Positions 7,570 through 17,546 are shown, numbered from the stretch's first letter. The stretch: DNA of 24,223 nt from a virus (IMGVR_UViG_3300007960_000187:1-24223); one strand, 5' to 3'. Notes: a model not told the origin generated them from the sequence alone. Numbers and translations: made by a program.

Positions 7570-7827
7570 ATGAACTTAGAAACGCAATCAAAAATGCAGT
7601 TTGAACAAAAGCGAATTTTCAATATCGCCAAAGGTCACGCAGAAGAAGCAGCGCAGCTTGAGCGTCAAAAGCAATGGGGCGCAGCTAGCCGCAAGTGGAA
7701 GGCAGCAGCAAGTTACTACAATGACTCATACTGCCGCAGTTGGCACAATGCAGACTGGTGCGAAAAGCGCGAGGCTTTTTGTAAGATGATGAGTCGCGGC
7801 GGCTTGGGCAGCAAGGAGTGTAATTAA
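7570..7827 (+). CDS. ANR (AraC negative regulator)/PerC-like small regulator
   Basis: Start ATG 7570 after AAGGAG; AAQLERQ-QW--A---W--A...N-DWC--R--FC matches the ANR family pattern. Confidence 0.65.
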   Translation: MNLETQSKMQFEQKRIFNIAKGHAEEAAQLERQKQWGAASRKWKAAASYYNDSYCRSWHNADWCEKREAFCKMMSRGGLGSKECN

Positions 7828-8250
7828 ATGAGCAGATTAATCGAGCAGCTAAAGCGGCATGAAGGGTTTAGGTCTAATCCGTACATCTGCACTGCTGGAA
7901 AGCTAACTATCGGTTATGGCCGAAATTTGGATAATCGAGGCATCAGCGAAGATGAGGCGATTGCAATGTTGAACAATGACATTAGCGATTGCCGGAACAT
8001 GCTAGAGCGCGGAGAAGTTGGGTCAATCTATCTATCGCTTTGCGATGTTCGCCGCGATTGCCTAGTTAATATGTGTTTCCAGCTTGGCTATGCTGGAATT
8101 TCAAAGTTCGTGAAAATGTGGAATTTCCTAATTCTTGATGATTTTCATGGGGCTGCAGTTGAAATGCTTGATAGTAAATGGGCAAAACAAACGCCGGAAA
8201 GAGCAAGCGAGCTAGCCGAGCAAATGCGATCAGGACAGTATCAAAAATAA
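7828..8250 (+). CDS. Endolysin, GH24/T4-lysozyme-like muramidase
   Basis: HEG-----Y-CT-GKLTIGYGRNL, NMCFQLG, DSKWAKQTPERA. Confidence 0.9.
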   Translation: MSRLIEQLKRHEGFRSNPYICTAGKLTIGYGRNLDNRGISEDEAIAMLNNDISDCRNMLERGEVGSIYLSLCDVRRDCLVNMCFQLGYAGISKFVKMWNFLILDDFHGAAVEMLDSKWAKQTPERASELAEQMRSGQYQK

Positions 8251-8271
8251 GGCGCATTAAGCGCCTTTTTT
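8243..8271. terminator. Bidirectional terminator between convergent endolysin and holin-like genes
   Basis: AAGGCGC-ATTAA-GCGCCTT with T-rich tails on both strands. Confidence 0.65.
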
Positions 8272-8715
8272 AAACCTGTCAACAACGCCAGCGGCAAAAT
8301 AAAATCCGACAATCAGATTAACTGGCTGAAAAATTACTTCCTTGGCCATCACATAGATGTCGTTTTTAAACTGCGTTACAGGTTTTACTGCTATCTGAGC
8401 GATATTTTCGCTGACTGCCAATGTTGCCAACGATGTTTTGTCAGTTGACAAAAACACATACAGCATTTCAAGCAGTGAAGCTGCACCATACGCCACTGTC
8501 CAAGCAAACAATCCAGCGATAAACGCTAGCGCAATGAATCGCCTAGTTGGGCTTTGATAGCTTGTCGAGCGCATGTACTCTAGCAAAAAATCAGAGCGCT
8601 CCTTGTCGCTCATTGCATCGAGTCCGCCGAGTTTACGAATTGCGTCTATCGCGACGTCCTGCGCCTTGGTCGAGCTAAAAAGCCCACCAAGAAATGTTAC
8701 TATTGAGCTAATCAT
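8257..8715 (-). CDS. Membrane protein, probable holin (3TM / GTA-holin-like)
   Basis: Amphipathic N-terminus, TRRFIAL followed by a TM segment, C-terminal LIVGFYF and basic tail; adjacent to the endolysin. Confidence 0.55.
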   Translation of the reverse strand: MISSIVTFLGGLFSSTKAQDVAIDAIRKLGGLDAMSDKERSDFLLEYMRSTSYQSPTRRFIALAFIAGLFAWTVAYGAASLLEMLYVFLSTDKTSLATLAVSENIAQIAVKPVTQFKNDIYVMAKEVIFQPVNLIVGFYFAAGVVDRFKKGA

Positions 8716-8844
8716 TGTCTTGTTACGCTTAATATTAGCGTTTGATTGTTAGCATGTTTCATCCTTAATTCAGATAGTCTAGATCAAAAACCATCGATGC
8801 ATTCGGACAGTCGCCGATAAAAAATGTAACATCAGAGTTCCTCA

Positions 8845-10704
8845 TTAAAGGTAATCAATCAGCAGTGTGTATCCGGCGGGCTTTCCTGCTGTCACAATGC
8901 CAGTAGTGATGTAGTACCCATCGGCTCTCACAAACCCATTGGTGTTAGGATAAAAGAACCTTGTTGCTGTGGCTGAAATTTTCTGCCAGTGCATACCGCA
9001 TGTTGTGCTTAGATCCCACACGGATTCAGCAGCAATTTCAACACCGCCAGCAGTGCGAAGCCTTACAGTTTTAATCCTGTCCATGGCAATAGGTACATCT
9101 TGCCATTTGATCGTAGGCGCACCGCCAGAACCAGGAAAGCTATCAATCGGATATTCTAAAGTTCGCGTGAGTATTGCAGGCTTAGGATCGATAGTTTTCA
9201 CGTAGTTGTCATATGGTACACCAATAGCATCACAGAATGCTTTAGCCATTATTTCATGGCCGTTTTTATCTGGATGCAAACCATCCGAGTAGTAGAAATA
9301 AGGAGCTTGACTTAATGCAGTTTTGTCGTATCTGATTAACGAATAACCACCAGCAATCGCAAAATCAACAATAGCCGCGACATAATCATCATAGGTAAAA
9401 CCCGCCTCTTGTACAGAGTGCAATGCTGGGTTTGCCTTAGGAGGAACAGTCAGCAAGAAGGTTGTGTTAACTGATAGCGCTTGAATCTCTGTCATGAGCG
9501 ATTGCAACGATGCAATGTACTCGGTCGGAGTCTGCGAACGGCCAGCTTGATAAATGCTGTTTGTCCCCAGCGCAATCACAACCAGCTTGCGCTGACTGAA
9601 CGACACTTCAAAATTACTAAGCGCAGATATTTCTGCGATTTTTGTTGGTGTGTTGAAGTCGTCAAATGTGCGCCCAGACCATCCAATTGCGTTAACTCGA
9701 ACACCGAGAGTACTGGTCTTATATAGCGTAAATCCTGAGATTATCAGCGTCCCGCCAACAGCAGTAATGCGGATTGTGTCAGAAAGAACTGATTCCTCGG
9801 CTAATGTGATGTATCCAGTATGGCTTGCTACTGCTGTGCCTGTTGTGGCAAGTGTTCCAACTGAGACGCCGTTTAGAGCTACATCAGCAGATGTTGCTGT
9901 GTGAGAAGCACTTGAGCCATCATAGAAAAAACCTATTTGGCTTAGCTCTCTAAGTGTTACCTCTATCCATTCGCCAGCAGGAATGGATAGTTGTTTTTCA
10001 ACCAAGCCAGTGTTCGGAAATGTCACTGCAGCAGACGAAACAGCGCCGCCGTTGCCGGGCATCCCAACCTCAAACCATGTTCCGTAGAACATGTTTACGT
10101 TGGTTTCATACATTCGGCCGGTGTCATTGCCGAAGCCACGGTTGCTATGGTTGAAGATTGAACGGCACGAGCGGTACAAATAGCTTTGATAGAAGTTTGC
10201 ATTGCTCAGGCCAGAACCACTAAAAATACCCTGCGTGATAGAATCACCGATTATAGTGATGCTTGTTGCTTCGGACGTTCTTGCTGCGGTCAGGTAATTT
10301 ATTTTAGTCAATTCATCAGCGCTTACCTCAGCCAGTGCGTCAGAGAGTCCATCAATTGTTTGTTGTACTGTCTGCGATTTTGTGTTATCTGTGATTGCAG
10401 AGGCAAGGTGCGAGCCAGCGTCATTCCTGTCAGACAGCGAATTGTGTGTTGCATAGCTAATGCGCTTTGTCACGCCACCCACAGAAACATCATAGACCCC
10501 AGCGGAAACGTAACAACTAAACATGCCGTTGCTGTCAGTTCTGTTTGATGAGCCATCCTGGGCGATTGGCACTGTGCCGTTTTCGTCAGCGTAAATGCTA
10601 GCAAGCCCGCCACCAGCCAAATAGACGTTGACCACTTGGCCAGCTATATAGTTTGGCTCGCCTGTAAAATTAGCTGCGGCTATGTTGATTGGTACTAATG
10701 ACAT
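8845..10704 (-). CDS. Tailspike/tail fibre with SGNH/GDSL hydrolase domain
   Basis: SGNH blocks GDS, G-SG, GTN and DGLHP; N-terminal virion-attachment-like segment; last gene of the tail cluster. Confidence 0.8.
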   Translation of the reverse strand: MSLVPINIAAANFTGEPNYIAGQVVNVYLAGGGLASIYADENGTVPIAQDGSSNRTDSNGMFSCYVSAGVYDVSVGGVTKRISYATHNSLSDRNDAGSHLASAITDNTKSQTVQQTIDGLSDALAEVSADELTKINYLTAARTSEATSITIIGDSITQGIFSGSGLSNANFYQSYLYRSCRSIFNHSNRGFGNDTGRMYETNVNMFYGTWFEVGMPGNGGAVSSAAVTFPNTGLVEKQLSIPAGEWIEVTLRELSQIGFFYDGSSASHTATSADVALNGVSVGTLATTGTAVASHTGYITLAEESVLSDTIRITAVGGTLIISGFTLYKTSTLGVRVNAIGWSGRTFDDFNTPTKIAEISALSNFEVSFSQRKLVVIALGTNSIYQAGRSQTPTEYIASLQSLMTEIQALSVNTTFLLTVPPKANPALHSVQEAGFTYDDYVAAIVDFAIAGGYSLIRYDKTALSQAPYFYYSDGLHPDKNGHEIMAKAFCDAIGVPYDNYVKTIDPKPAILTRTLEYPIDSFPGSGGAPTIKWQDVPIAMDRIKTVRLRTAGGVEIAAESVWDLSTTCGMHWQKISATATRFFYPNTNGFVRADGYYITTGIVTAGKPAGYTLLIDYL

Positions 10705-13298
10705 TAAAAATCTCTCCGACCTTTGATTGTGAGTGCGTTGTCGCCAACTATCGTAACTGCGTTACCGTTTGATTTTATAGCATAACCAGCCTGCCCACCA
10801 GCGGAGCCGCTCTGATCGTCGCCGCTATCGCCCCATGCGCCACCGCTAACGCCAGCTAGCTCGCCAGCCGCAGACCTTGACCCGTCTTTACCGTCCTCGC
10901 CGTAAATTATGAATTCTCCGTCAATCTCCGCGCTGCCTCTCTGCGCGCCACTACCACCAACGAACCCCTGACCACCACCGCCGCCGTTGCCAGCAGAAGC
11001 GTTAAGCGTTGAGTTGTTTGCAAACGATCCATTGCCTGCTGCACCACCGCCGCCCGAATAGATAACGCCCTGAGTTGTGTCAATCGAGCATGGCACTGTT
11101 AGCTCAATCGCATTACCACCAGCCGATCCGCTAGTCCCGTCTAGATATTTTGCCTGCGGTATGTCTGCTATATTAACAACAAACACATCAGCACCAGCGC
11201 CACCGTTACCACCAGCACCTAGGATTGAGCCGCGATGCACAAATTCAAACGTTACGCCGCTTGCTTGTGTGCCAGTCGTAAACGCTGGATTGGCTGTTGA
11301 TGTTGCGCCAATGGTCACGCCACTAGCAATAAATATTTTGTAATGTCCGGCGGTAGGTGCGAACTCAGTTGACAAATCGTAATCAGTTTTATCTGAGTCG
11401 ATAACAAAATCAAAGTCTGAGGCGCTGATAACATCTTGATAACGCCGCGCCGTGACTTTGTAGCGCTGCACTGCTGGCAAGTCTTGCAGTGATAATATTT
11501 GCAGGTTTCGCGACTCGGGCAATCCGTCCGTGCCCTGATTGCGATCACTGACCACGCTAATCAGCTCGCCTTCTTCGATAAAACCGCCACCGAACGAACC
11601 GTACCGCGACCAGTCGATTTCAAACGTCCACTGCTCAGGTATATCTTTGTTAACGTTAACAGTCTGTGCTGCGCTTGCTACAGCAATAGCAACGTCAGTA
11701 TCAGAGTTGGTTAGTAGGTCAGTGTAAAAAGCTTTGGCTTCATTTGGCTCTAACGTGCCAGTCAATTCAGTGTCAAGATTGATTGACGTATAAACGATTG
11801 ACGCATTTTCGGCGTTAGTTGACTTGGACGAGTCAAACGGTGCAAATCCGATAGTTTGGCGCGTGTACTGCTCGCCGGATTTTGGATCTATTGACAGCGA
11901 TTCTCTATAAATATCAGTTTCATAGCTTAGTGATAACGGCTGCTGCGAAAAGTCGCTAGATGCTTTGATTCTTAGCTTTTGCGCAACTTCATCATAGTAC
12001 ACAACAAGCCCATTCTTTGACCACGCTTTGATTATCTCGTTAACTCGCTTATCAATCTCAAGCGGTCGCCAATAAACAGGTCCAGTGCCATTTTCAACCG
12101 CAGCGATAGCGCTTATGTACGTGTCAAAAAACTTTGCTGGAATGCTCGACTTTTGCCACAAGTCGACAATCAACTGCACTGGGTTAAAGTCAGTCAGCAC
12201 TGCGATGTATTGCACCGTAGCGTTGACAGAGTGGTCTTTTTTAGTGCTGCCGCCAACTGCACGTGTAACGATGGCCAAAACGCCTGTTGTTTTGTTTGTG
12301 ACTGTGCAATCAATCAATTCATTGTCAACTTGCACCGTCACTGCGTCAGTGTCATCGCCATATTCACCAACCAAAAAATCTTTTAGCTCGATTGTCGTCG
12401 ACGCGTCATTGATGGCATTTAGCAGTCGACCTGAGCTTACTGCTGGGTATTTAATCTTACTGCCTTCGGTCAGTATCAGAGGGTCATAAGCTTGCAGACT
12501 GAACGTGCCGTCATTAAGCCTTACTGAATCAATGTAATATTCACGCGCCAAACATTGGTTGCGATCAAACTGACCGTTAGCCGCAAAGCCCGTCCAAACA
12601 ACTAGGCGGCGATTTTTCATAAATGGGTGTCTAGCTAACAGCTTGCCAAATAGCGTACCGTTGCTCGTTCTGCGGTCAGCGTATGGCACAGTCAGCCAGT
12701 CGTTGTCCACGGTATCAGCAATGCTAACGTTGTACCCTGAGCGCTTCCCTGTTGATTCGCCTGGCGCAACTATACCAGCGCGATGCGATGCAGACTTAAA
12801 TCCATTAAGGTATTTGCTGCCATCAGTTAGCTGTTGACTGGGGAATAAAAGCTCGCGCTCAGCATCGCGGTCAAACGAATCGCCTGTTGAGCAACCCTTG
12901 CCGTTTGGCAGTCTTGGATAGCCGTAGCAACTACCGTCAGCCTCGCCGCTATGCTTGATAACTGCCCAAGTGTAAGCCGAATGGCTTGAGGCTGTAGTGC
13001 CAAGCTGCGCTCTTGCTGTGATATTGATAGTTGTTGCATCAACGATTGATATTTTTACTAGCTCGCCGTCCATCAGCAAGTAAGGATTTGCGTTAGTAAA
13101 AAACACAGGATCGCCTAGATTCGCTCCATATGTCGTAACTGTAACGTTGCCAGTATAGCTAGCGTCAATAGCAGTCACGACACTGATATCACGTTTATCT
13201 AGCGCTGCGTCAGTTGTGTATTTGCAGCAGTTTGGATAAATACCAACGACAATCAGCGGATTCGCCCCTTGGACTGCTTTTAATGTGTCAAAACTCAT
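10704..13298 (-). CDS. Tail tip / central tail protein with glycine-rich C-terminus
   Basis: 864 aa, downstream of the tape measure and distal tail genes; C-terminal GAGGNGG/GGGG repeats. Confidence 0.7.
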   Translation of the reverse strand: MSFDTLKAVQGANPLIVVGIYPNCCKYTTDAALDKRDISVVTAIDASYTGNVTVTTYGANLGDPVFFTNANPYLLMDGELVKISIVDATTINITARAQLGTTASSHSAYTWAVIKHSGEADGSCYGYPRLPNGKGCSTGDSFDRDAERELLFPSQQLTDGSKYLNGFKSASHRAGIVAPGESTGKRSGYNVSIADTVDNDWLTVPYADRRTSNGTLFGKLLARHPFMKNRRLVVWTGFAANGQFDRNQCLAREYYIDSVRLNDGTFSLQAYDPLILTEGSKIKYPAVSSGRLLNAINDASTTIELKDFLVGEYGDDTDAVTVQVDNELIDCTVTNKTTGVLAIVTRAVGGSTKKDHSVNATVQYIAVLTDFNPVQLIVDLWQKSSIPAKFFDTYISAIAAVENGTGPVYWRPLEIDKRVNEIIKAWSKNGLVVYYDEVAQKLRIKASSDFSQQPLSLSYETDIYRESLSIDPKSGEQYTRQTIGFAPFDSSKSTNAENASIVYTSINLDTELTGTLEPNEAKAFYTDLLTNSDTDVAIAVASAAQTVNVNKDIPEQWTFEIDWSRYGSFGGGFIEEGELISVVSDRNQGTDGLPESRNLQILSLQDLPAVQRYKVTARRYQDVISASDFDFVIDSDKTDYDLSTEFAPTAGHYKIFIASGVTIGATSTANPAFTTGTQASGVTFEFVHRGSILGAGGNGGAGADVFVVNIADIPQAKYLDGTSGSAGGNAIELTVPCSIDTTQGVIYSGGGGAAGNGSFANNSTLNASAGNGGGGGQGFVGGSGAQRGSAEIDGEFIIYGEDGKDGSRSAAGELAGVSGGAWGDSGDDQSGSAGGQAGYAIKSNGNAVTIVGDNALTIKGRRDF

Positions 13299-13301
13299 TG
13301 A

Positions 13302-14135
13302 TTACGCTCTGCCCTTAAGTTTGATATTAAGCGTACCATACAAGCTGCTATCATACCGCATTTGCTGCATATTGTTTGGGTCTTGCAAGCCAAAAGCATT
13401 TTGGTTTTTGCTCGTGTCCCATTTGAAAAACACTGGGCGGCAATTTTTAACGTGGTCTTGATATTGCGGCCATTGCTGCTCAAGCGAGTCAGCAGCATTT
13501 GAGTTCAATCGCAAAAACTTAAACGCCGCTTCTGTCTCATAACCTTTGTTAATGCGGCGACCAATGATAAATTGTCCGTTATCGCTGAAAAATGACTCAA
13601 CCTGATCGATATTATTTAAGTGCGCTGGCGCAAAGCCAACATCGGGCAGCCGCGGCAACACCCAAGCTTTTCCAACATAAATACAGCTAATATAAAGCTT
13701 TGACGTGAATGTCAGCGTCAACCGTTGCTGTGAGCATGTTACGGCGTCCCAGTATTCGCAAATTGTGCGATTATCTTCATATGCCGCAAACGTCGCCACT
13801 TCGACCCATGAGCCCCCAGTGAACACTTCAAACTTGCCCGTCAATCCGGCGCTAAAGCCGTTGTGAATACCGATACCGAAATAATCAACTTCTGACAGTC
13901 CCGACTGCGAAAACGTTATTGTGACCGAGCCGCTCGATGGCGACGGGCTGTATTTAGTGTTGTCTGCGTAGTCCAAGCAGTTGCTAAAAGGATAATCGCC
14001 GTCCTGATTAAATCCGGTAATTGCCGATATTGGCAACAACGACTTATATCCGACAATACTAAACGCGCAATCGTTACCCGCCGCAACGCTCGGCGTTGAG
14101 CTTAAAACAAATACGTTACCGACAACTGTTGTCAT
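13302..14135 (-). CDS. Putative distal tail / minor tail protein
   Basis: 277 aa, beta-rich, immediately after the tape measure gene (TAATG coupling); assigned by synteny. Confidence 0.55.
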   Translation of the reverse strand: MTTVVGNVFVLSSTPSVAAGNDCAFSIVGYKSLLPISAITGFNQDGDYPFSNCLDYADNTKYSPSPSSGSVTITFSQSGLSEVDYFGIGIHNGFSAGLTGKFEVFTGGSWVEVATFAAYEDNRTICEYWDAVTCSQQRLTLTFTSKLYISCIYVGKAWVLPRLPDVGFAPAHLNNIDQVESFFSDNGQFIIGRRINKGYETEAAFKFLRLNSNAADSLEQQWPQYQDHVKNCRPVFFKWDTSKNQNAFGLQDPNNMQQMRYDSSLYGTLNIKLKGRA

Positions 14136-16333
14136 TAAATCGCTCCAATTCTGCGGCCATTTTCCAGCGCTGAGTTGATTATAACAGCGCTGTCGTCATC
14201 GCCAAGCGCTTGTTTGACTGTCTGCTTAAGTACCGCGCCAGTTATCACAGCATCGTCAGCAATGTTGATGTTGATGATTTTTTGCTGATTAAGCTCGCTA
14301 GCTGGCTGTAGCGTTGGTGCGGTTGGTGCTGCCGAAACTGAGCTAGCGCCGAACGAAGCAGCCGAACTACCGCTATTGTTAATTGAGTTTAATGCCAGTT
14401 TAGCGTTTGCAGCTATTAGTAGCGCCATTCCCGTCGCAGTGTAAAAATCATTCTCAGCATAAGCTCTAATCCCGCCGGCCGCTGCGTCTGCGATAACTTG
14501 GATCCTACGTCTGCGTTTGTTCGCTTTTTCAGATTTGCTGCCAAAGGCGTCAGCGAGTCTTAGCGCTGTGTTGAAATAGCCCTGCATTGTATTTATTTGA
14601 TCTAGACGCTCCTGAACAGCTAAAGCCTGCCTTGCGCTAACGCCTTGCTCTTTTATTCTTGTTAGCTCATCTTCGTGGGAAAGCTCAAGCAAGCGCTCTT
14701 GCTCATACAGAGCAGTAACCGCCGCAATTTTTTCTTCATCAGAAATTTTATCGTTGTTCAATATCTCAAGCCTTCTTTCTTGCAGCCTTGCAAGGTCTTG
14801 CTGAAAGCTTTCTTCTTCTCTAATGCGCTGCTCGCCAAGCTGTATCTCTAGCTGAGCTTTTCTTTGTTCGTATTCGTTACTATTGGCATTTAAAGCAGCT
14901 TGCGAATATGCGCCATAAAGTTGCAACCTGCTGCTTAGAGCTTGGCCAATGATTGCGTTTTCGCGCTCTATTTCACTAGCAACATCGACTTTAGCTTCTT
15001 CTTTCTTTGTAACAGTTGACACGCCAAGCGCATTCGAGCCTATGGCAGCAGTTGATAATATTTCAGCCTGTTTAGACTTTACTTTTTCATAACTGATAAC
15101 AAGCTGCTCAGCCTCTTTAACTCGCTTTTCTGTAGCTTGTCTTGCTGCGCTGTTTTGCTGAATTATCGAATCAATACTTGCGTCGCGTACATCATCAATC
15201 TGTTTAATGCGCTCTTTTAATAGCGCCCTTGCGTCAAACCTATCTTTGTCATCGAATGGATTAATTGATGCGGCTATCGCCTCGCCGTAGGCTGAGGCTT
15301 TATCTAGCAGTACGGCAAACTCAACAGTTGCAAGCTGGACGAAAGAGCGAATATTGGGAATTATGTTTAAGAAAGAATCTTTAATGTCTTGAGTTGTAAT
15401 ATTCGTATCGTCAACAAGTTTTAAATCAAACTGCCGATACACTGACAAAACTGTATTTAATGTCGCAGTAACATCGGTGCCAATAACTCTAACCTGATCT
15501 GCGAACAACTCGCCAAACTTACCAGCCGCTCCGCTAGCAAGTAACACTGAAAGCTCATCAAGTGACTGTGCAACCGAACCAATTACACCGCCTAGCGCCT
15601 CGCTTGCGCCGATTGCTGTGTTAAATTCGCCAACCAGCCTAATTGTTGAGTTTTCCAGAACTTGAAATTGGTCTGCCGCCGTTGGAATTGCTTTGCTAAA
15701 CTTGGCATCAAATTCATCTGCACCCTTGAGTAGCGCTTGAAACACTCGCTCAGAAGTAAGCTTACCTTGCTCGCCTAGCTTCTTAAGCTCGCCAGTTTGC
15801 ACGCCAAACTCTTTGGCAATTGCCTGAGCCACTGGCAGCGACGACTCAAGCACCGAACGCAATTCGTCACCCTGCAAAGCGCCAGTACCAAGACCTTGTC
15901 CTAGTTGCACAAGTACAGAACTAACCTCAGCCGCACTTGCACCGTTAGCTTTAAACGCCTTTGTTAGACCTTCAGTGACTCGCAACACGTCGGCCTGACT
16001 TACTCCAAAGTTTGCCACAGAGTTAGCTAGCCGTTGATACGCTGCGCTAATGCCTTCGATGTCAGAGCGCGTAGCTTGAGCGATACCAAATATGCGAGCT
16101 TGAACGGCCGCAAACTCATCAACAGTTTTGGTGGCTTGCCTGATTTGGTTTCCGACTTTGACCCACGCGTCGCTATACTGGGTTAACTTTCCAACACTTA
16201 AAGCTGCGGCCACTGCCAGTGCGACTTTGCTGGCAGTTGACCCTAGATTGCTCATTGATTTGTCTAGCTTGTCTGCGCCGCTCTGCGCCTCGCCAGCATC
16301 AAGTTTAATCTTAATAACCGCTGTATCTGTCAT
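14135..16333 (-). CDS. Tape measure protein
   Basis: 732 aa, Ala-rich and helical; tape-measure N-domain signature QLGQGLGTGALQGDELRSVLE...GELKKLGEQGKLTS; follows the chaperone pair. Confidence 0.92.
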   Translation of the reverse strand: MTDTAVIKIKLDAGEAQSGADKLDKSMSNLGSTASKVALAVAAALSVGKLTQYSDAWVKVGNQIRQATKTVDEFAAVQARIFGIAQATRSDIEGISAAYQRLANSVANFGVSQADVLRVTEGLTKAFKANGASAAEVSSVLVQLGQGLGTGALQGDELRSVLESSLPVAQAIAKEFGVQTGELKKLGEQGKLTSERVFQALLKGADEFDAKFSKAIPTAADQFQVLENSTIRLVGEFNTAIGASEALGGVIGSVAQSLDELSVLLASGAAGKFGELFADQVRVIGTDVTATLNTVLSVYRQFDLKLVDDTNITTQDIKDSFLNIIPNIRSFVQLATVEFAVLLDKASAYGEAIAASINPFDDKDRFDARALLKERIKQIDDVRDASIDSIIQQNSAARQATEKRVKEAEQLVISYEKVKSKQAEILSTAAIGSNALGVSTVTKKEEAKVDVASEIERENAIIGQALSSRLQLYGAYSQAALNANSNEYEQRKAQLEIQLGEQRIREEESFQQDLARLQERRLEILNNDKISDEEKIAAVTALYEQERLLELSHEDELTRIKEQGVSARQALAVQERLDQINTMQGYFNTALRLADAFGSKSEKANKRRRRIQVIADAAAGGIRAYAENDFYTATGMALLIAANAKLALNSINNSGSSAASFGASSVSAAPTAPTLQPASELNQQKIININIADDAVITGAVLKQTVKQALGDDDSAVIINSALENGRRIGAI

Positions 16334-16671
16334 TGCTTAGCGCTCGCTTTTATTTTCTCGACATGAATGTCGATGTAATGAGTGTCTACGCATAACAGTA
16401 TATCAACTAAATCGCTGATTTGATAACAGCCAGCGCCGTAAATCTCAATGTACTGCCTAAGCACAATCTCGCTAAGTCGCATTGGATAGCCGCTTGAGTA
16501 TTCACGGCTTGAGCTAGCGCGATTAAATAACGCTAATGCGTGTGACTGCTCATCAGTCAATGTTGGTCGTGGTTTAACTGGCGGCACGGCTGCTGAACCA
16601 AACTTCTTAGCTAACTTTTCAGCGCTAGCCATAGCCGATTCGTTTGCCTTGCCGTCAATGTCCCACGCCAC
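16330..16671 (-). CDS. Tail assembly chaperone, frameshifted extension (lambda gpT-like)
   Basis: Lies in the -1 frame relative to the upstream chaperone, beginning at the slippery site; ATGA overlap with the tape measure start. Confidence 0.7.
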   Translation of the reverse strand: MAWDIDGKANESAMASAEKLAKKFGSAAVPPVKPRPTLTDEQSHALALFNRASSSREYSSGYPMRLSEIVLRQYIEIYGAGCYQISDLVDILLCVDTHYIDIHVEKIKASAKQ

Positions 16672-17099
16672 TACTTTTTTAGCGCATCAATGTCCTCGAT
16701 AATTTGCTCTTTAATGTAATGCTCATAATTACAAGCAAAGCGAAACAATTCGTTGCACAAGCTCAACTTGAGCCGCTTATCAGCAAACACTTGACGGCAA
16801 TTTGCTCGAGTAAATGGCACTTCGTTATCGTTGGCGTCAGTGAGATTTTCCCAGCCTGTCACGCCGAATTCAGCAAGCCAGATCGCGATTAATTCAGCTT
16901 CATCAACGTCTTTTGTCGAGTCAAATCCGTGTAGTTGTTTCCGTAGCTTTTTCATCTGCTTAACTGATTCAACGCAGCCAAAGCGCGACACGTAAAACAC
17001 GCCGTTGTTGCTCGGATAGATTGACGAAAGGTAAAACGGCGCACCATTCGCTTGTAATCCTTCATCTTCAAGAAATCCGACTAGTTCTTTTATTAGCAT
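16671..17099 (-). CDS. Tail assembly chaperone (lambda gpG-like)
   Basis: VTGWENLTD----VPFT motif typical of siphophage chaperones; ends CTA AAA AAG TAG. Confidence 0.75.
   Translation of the reverse strand: MLIKELVGFLEDEGLQANGAPFYLSSIYPSNNGVFYVSRFGCVESVKQMKKLRKQLHGFDSTKDVDEAELIAIWLAEFGVTGWENLTDANDNEVPFTRANCRQVFADKRLKLSLCNELFRFACNYEHYIKEQIIEDIDALKK
16674..16680 (-). other. Programmed -1 ribosomal frameshift slippery site A AAA AAG
   Basis: In-frame A-AAA-AAG immediately before the TAG; the -1 frame reads on VVAWDIDGK. Confidence 0.8.
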
Positions 17100-17162
17100 T
17101 TTAACTTTACCTTTATCGTTTTAAGTATTAATCTTATCACAAATCAACAAAAGGAGTAACGA

Positions 17163-17546
17163 ATGACACCTACACACAAAACGCTAGGCAGTGCTGGTGC
17201 TGATTTAGTTTGCGCAAAGACTGTAACAATCCAGCCAAACCAAACAGCTCTGGTATCAACGGGCGCATATGTGCCAAGCGGATTGCCTAGCGGTATAGCG
17301 CTGTTGCTAATGATCCGCTCAAGCATTGCATACAAGCGCCGACTTATTTTATCCAACGGCGTTGGCTTAATTGACTCTGACTATCCAGACGAGATTATGG
17401 CGATGATGACCAACCTCAACACCGAGCCAGTAACGCTTGAGAAAGGCGAACGCATCGCTCAATTAGTGCCTGTGCAATATGTTTACGGCGTGTTTCCTGT
17501 TGCTAATAATGAGCGTTCAGGCGGGTTTGGGAGCACTGGCGAATGA
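17163..17546 (+). CDS. dut: dUTP diphosphatase (trimeric dUTPase)
   Basis: All five motifs: AGADL, RSS, GLIDSDY, GERIAQL, RSGGFGSTG. Confidence 0.95.
   Translation: MTPTHKTLGSAGADLVCAKTVTIQPNQTALVSTGAYVPSGLPSGIALLLMIRSSIAYKRRLILSNGVGLIDSDYPDEIMAMMTNLNTEPVTLEKGERIAQLVPVQYVYGVFPVANNERSGGFGSTGE

Noticed and set aside
8716-8844. Tiny minus-strand ORFs MLHFLSATVRMHRWFLI and MLTIKR behind RBS-like sequences
   Set aside because: Too short to support; they may be gene relics, but this cannot be shown from sequence alone.
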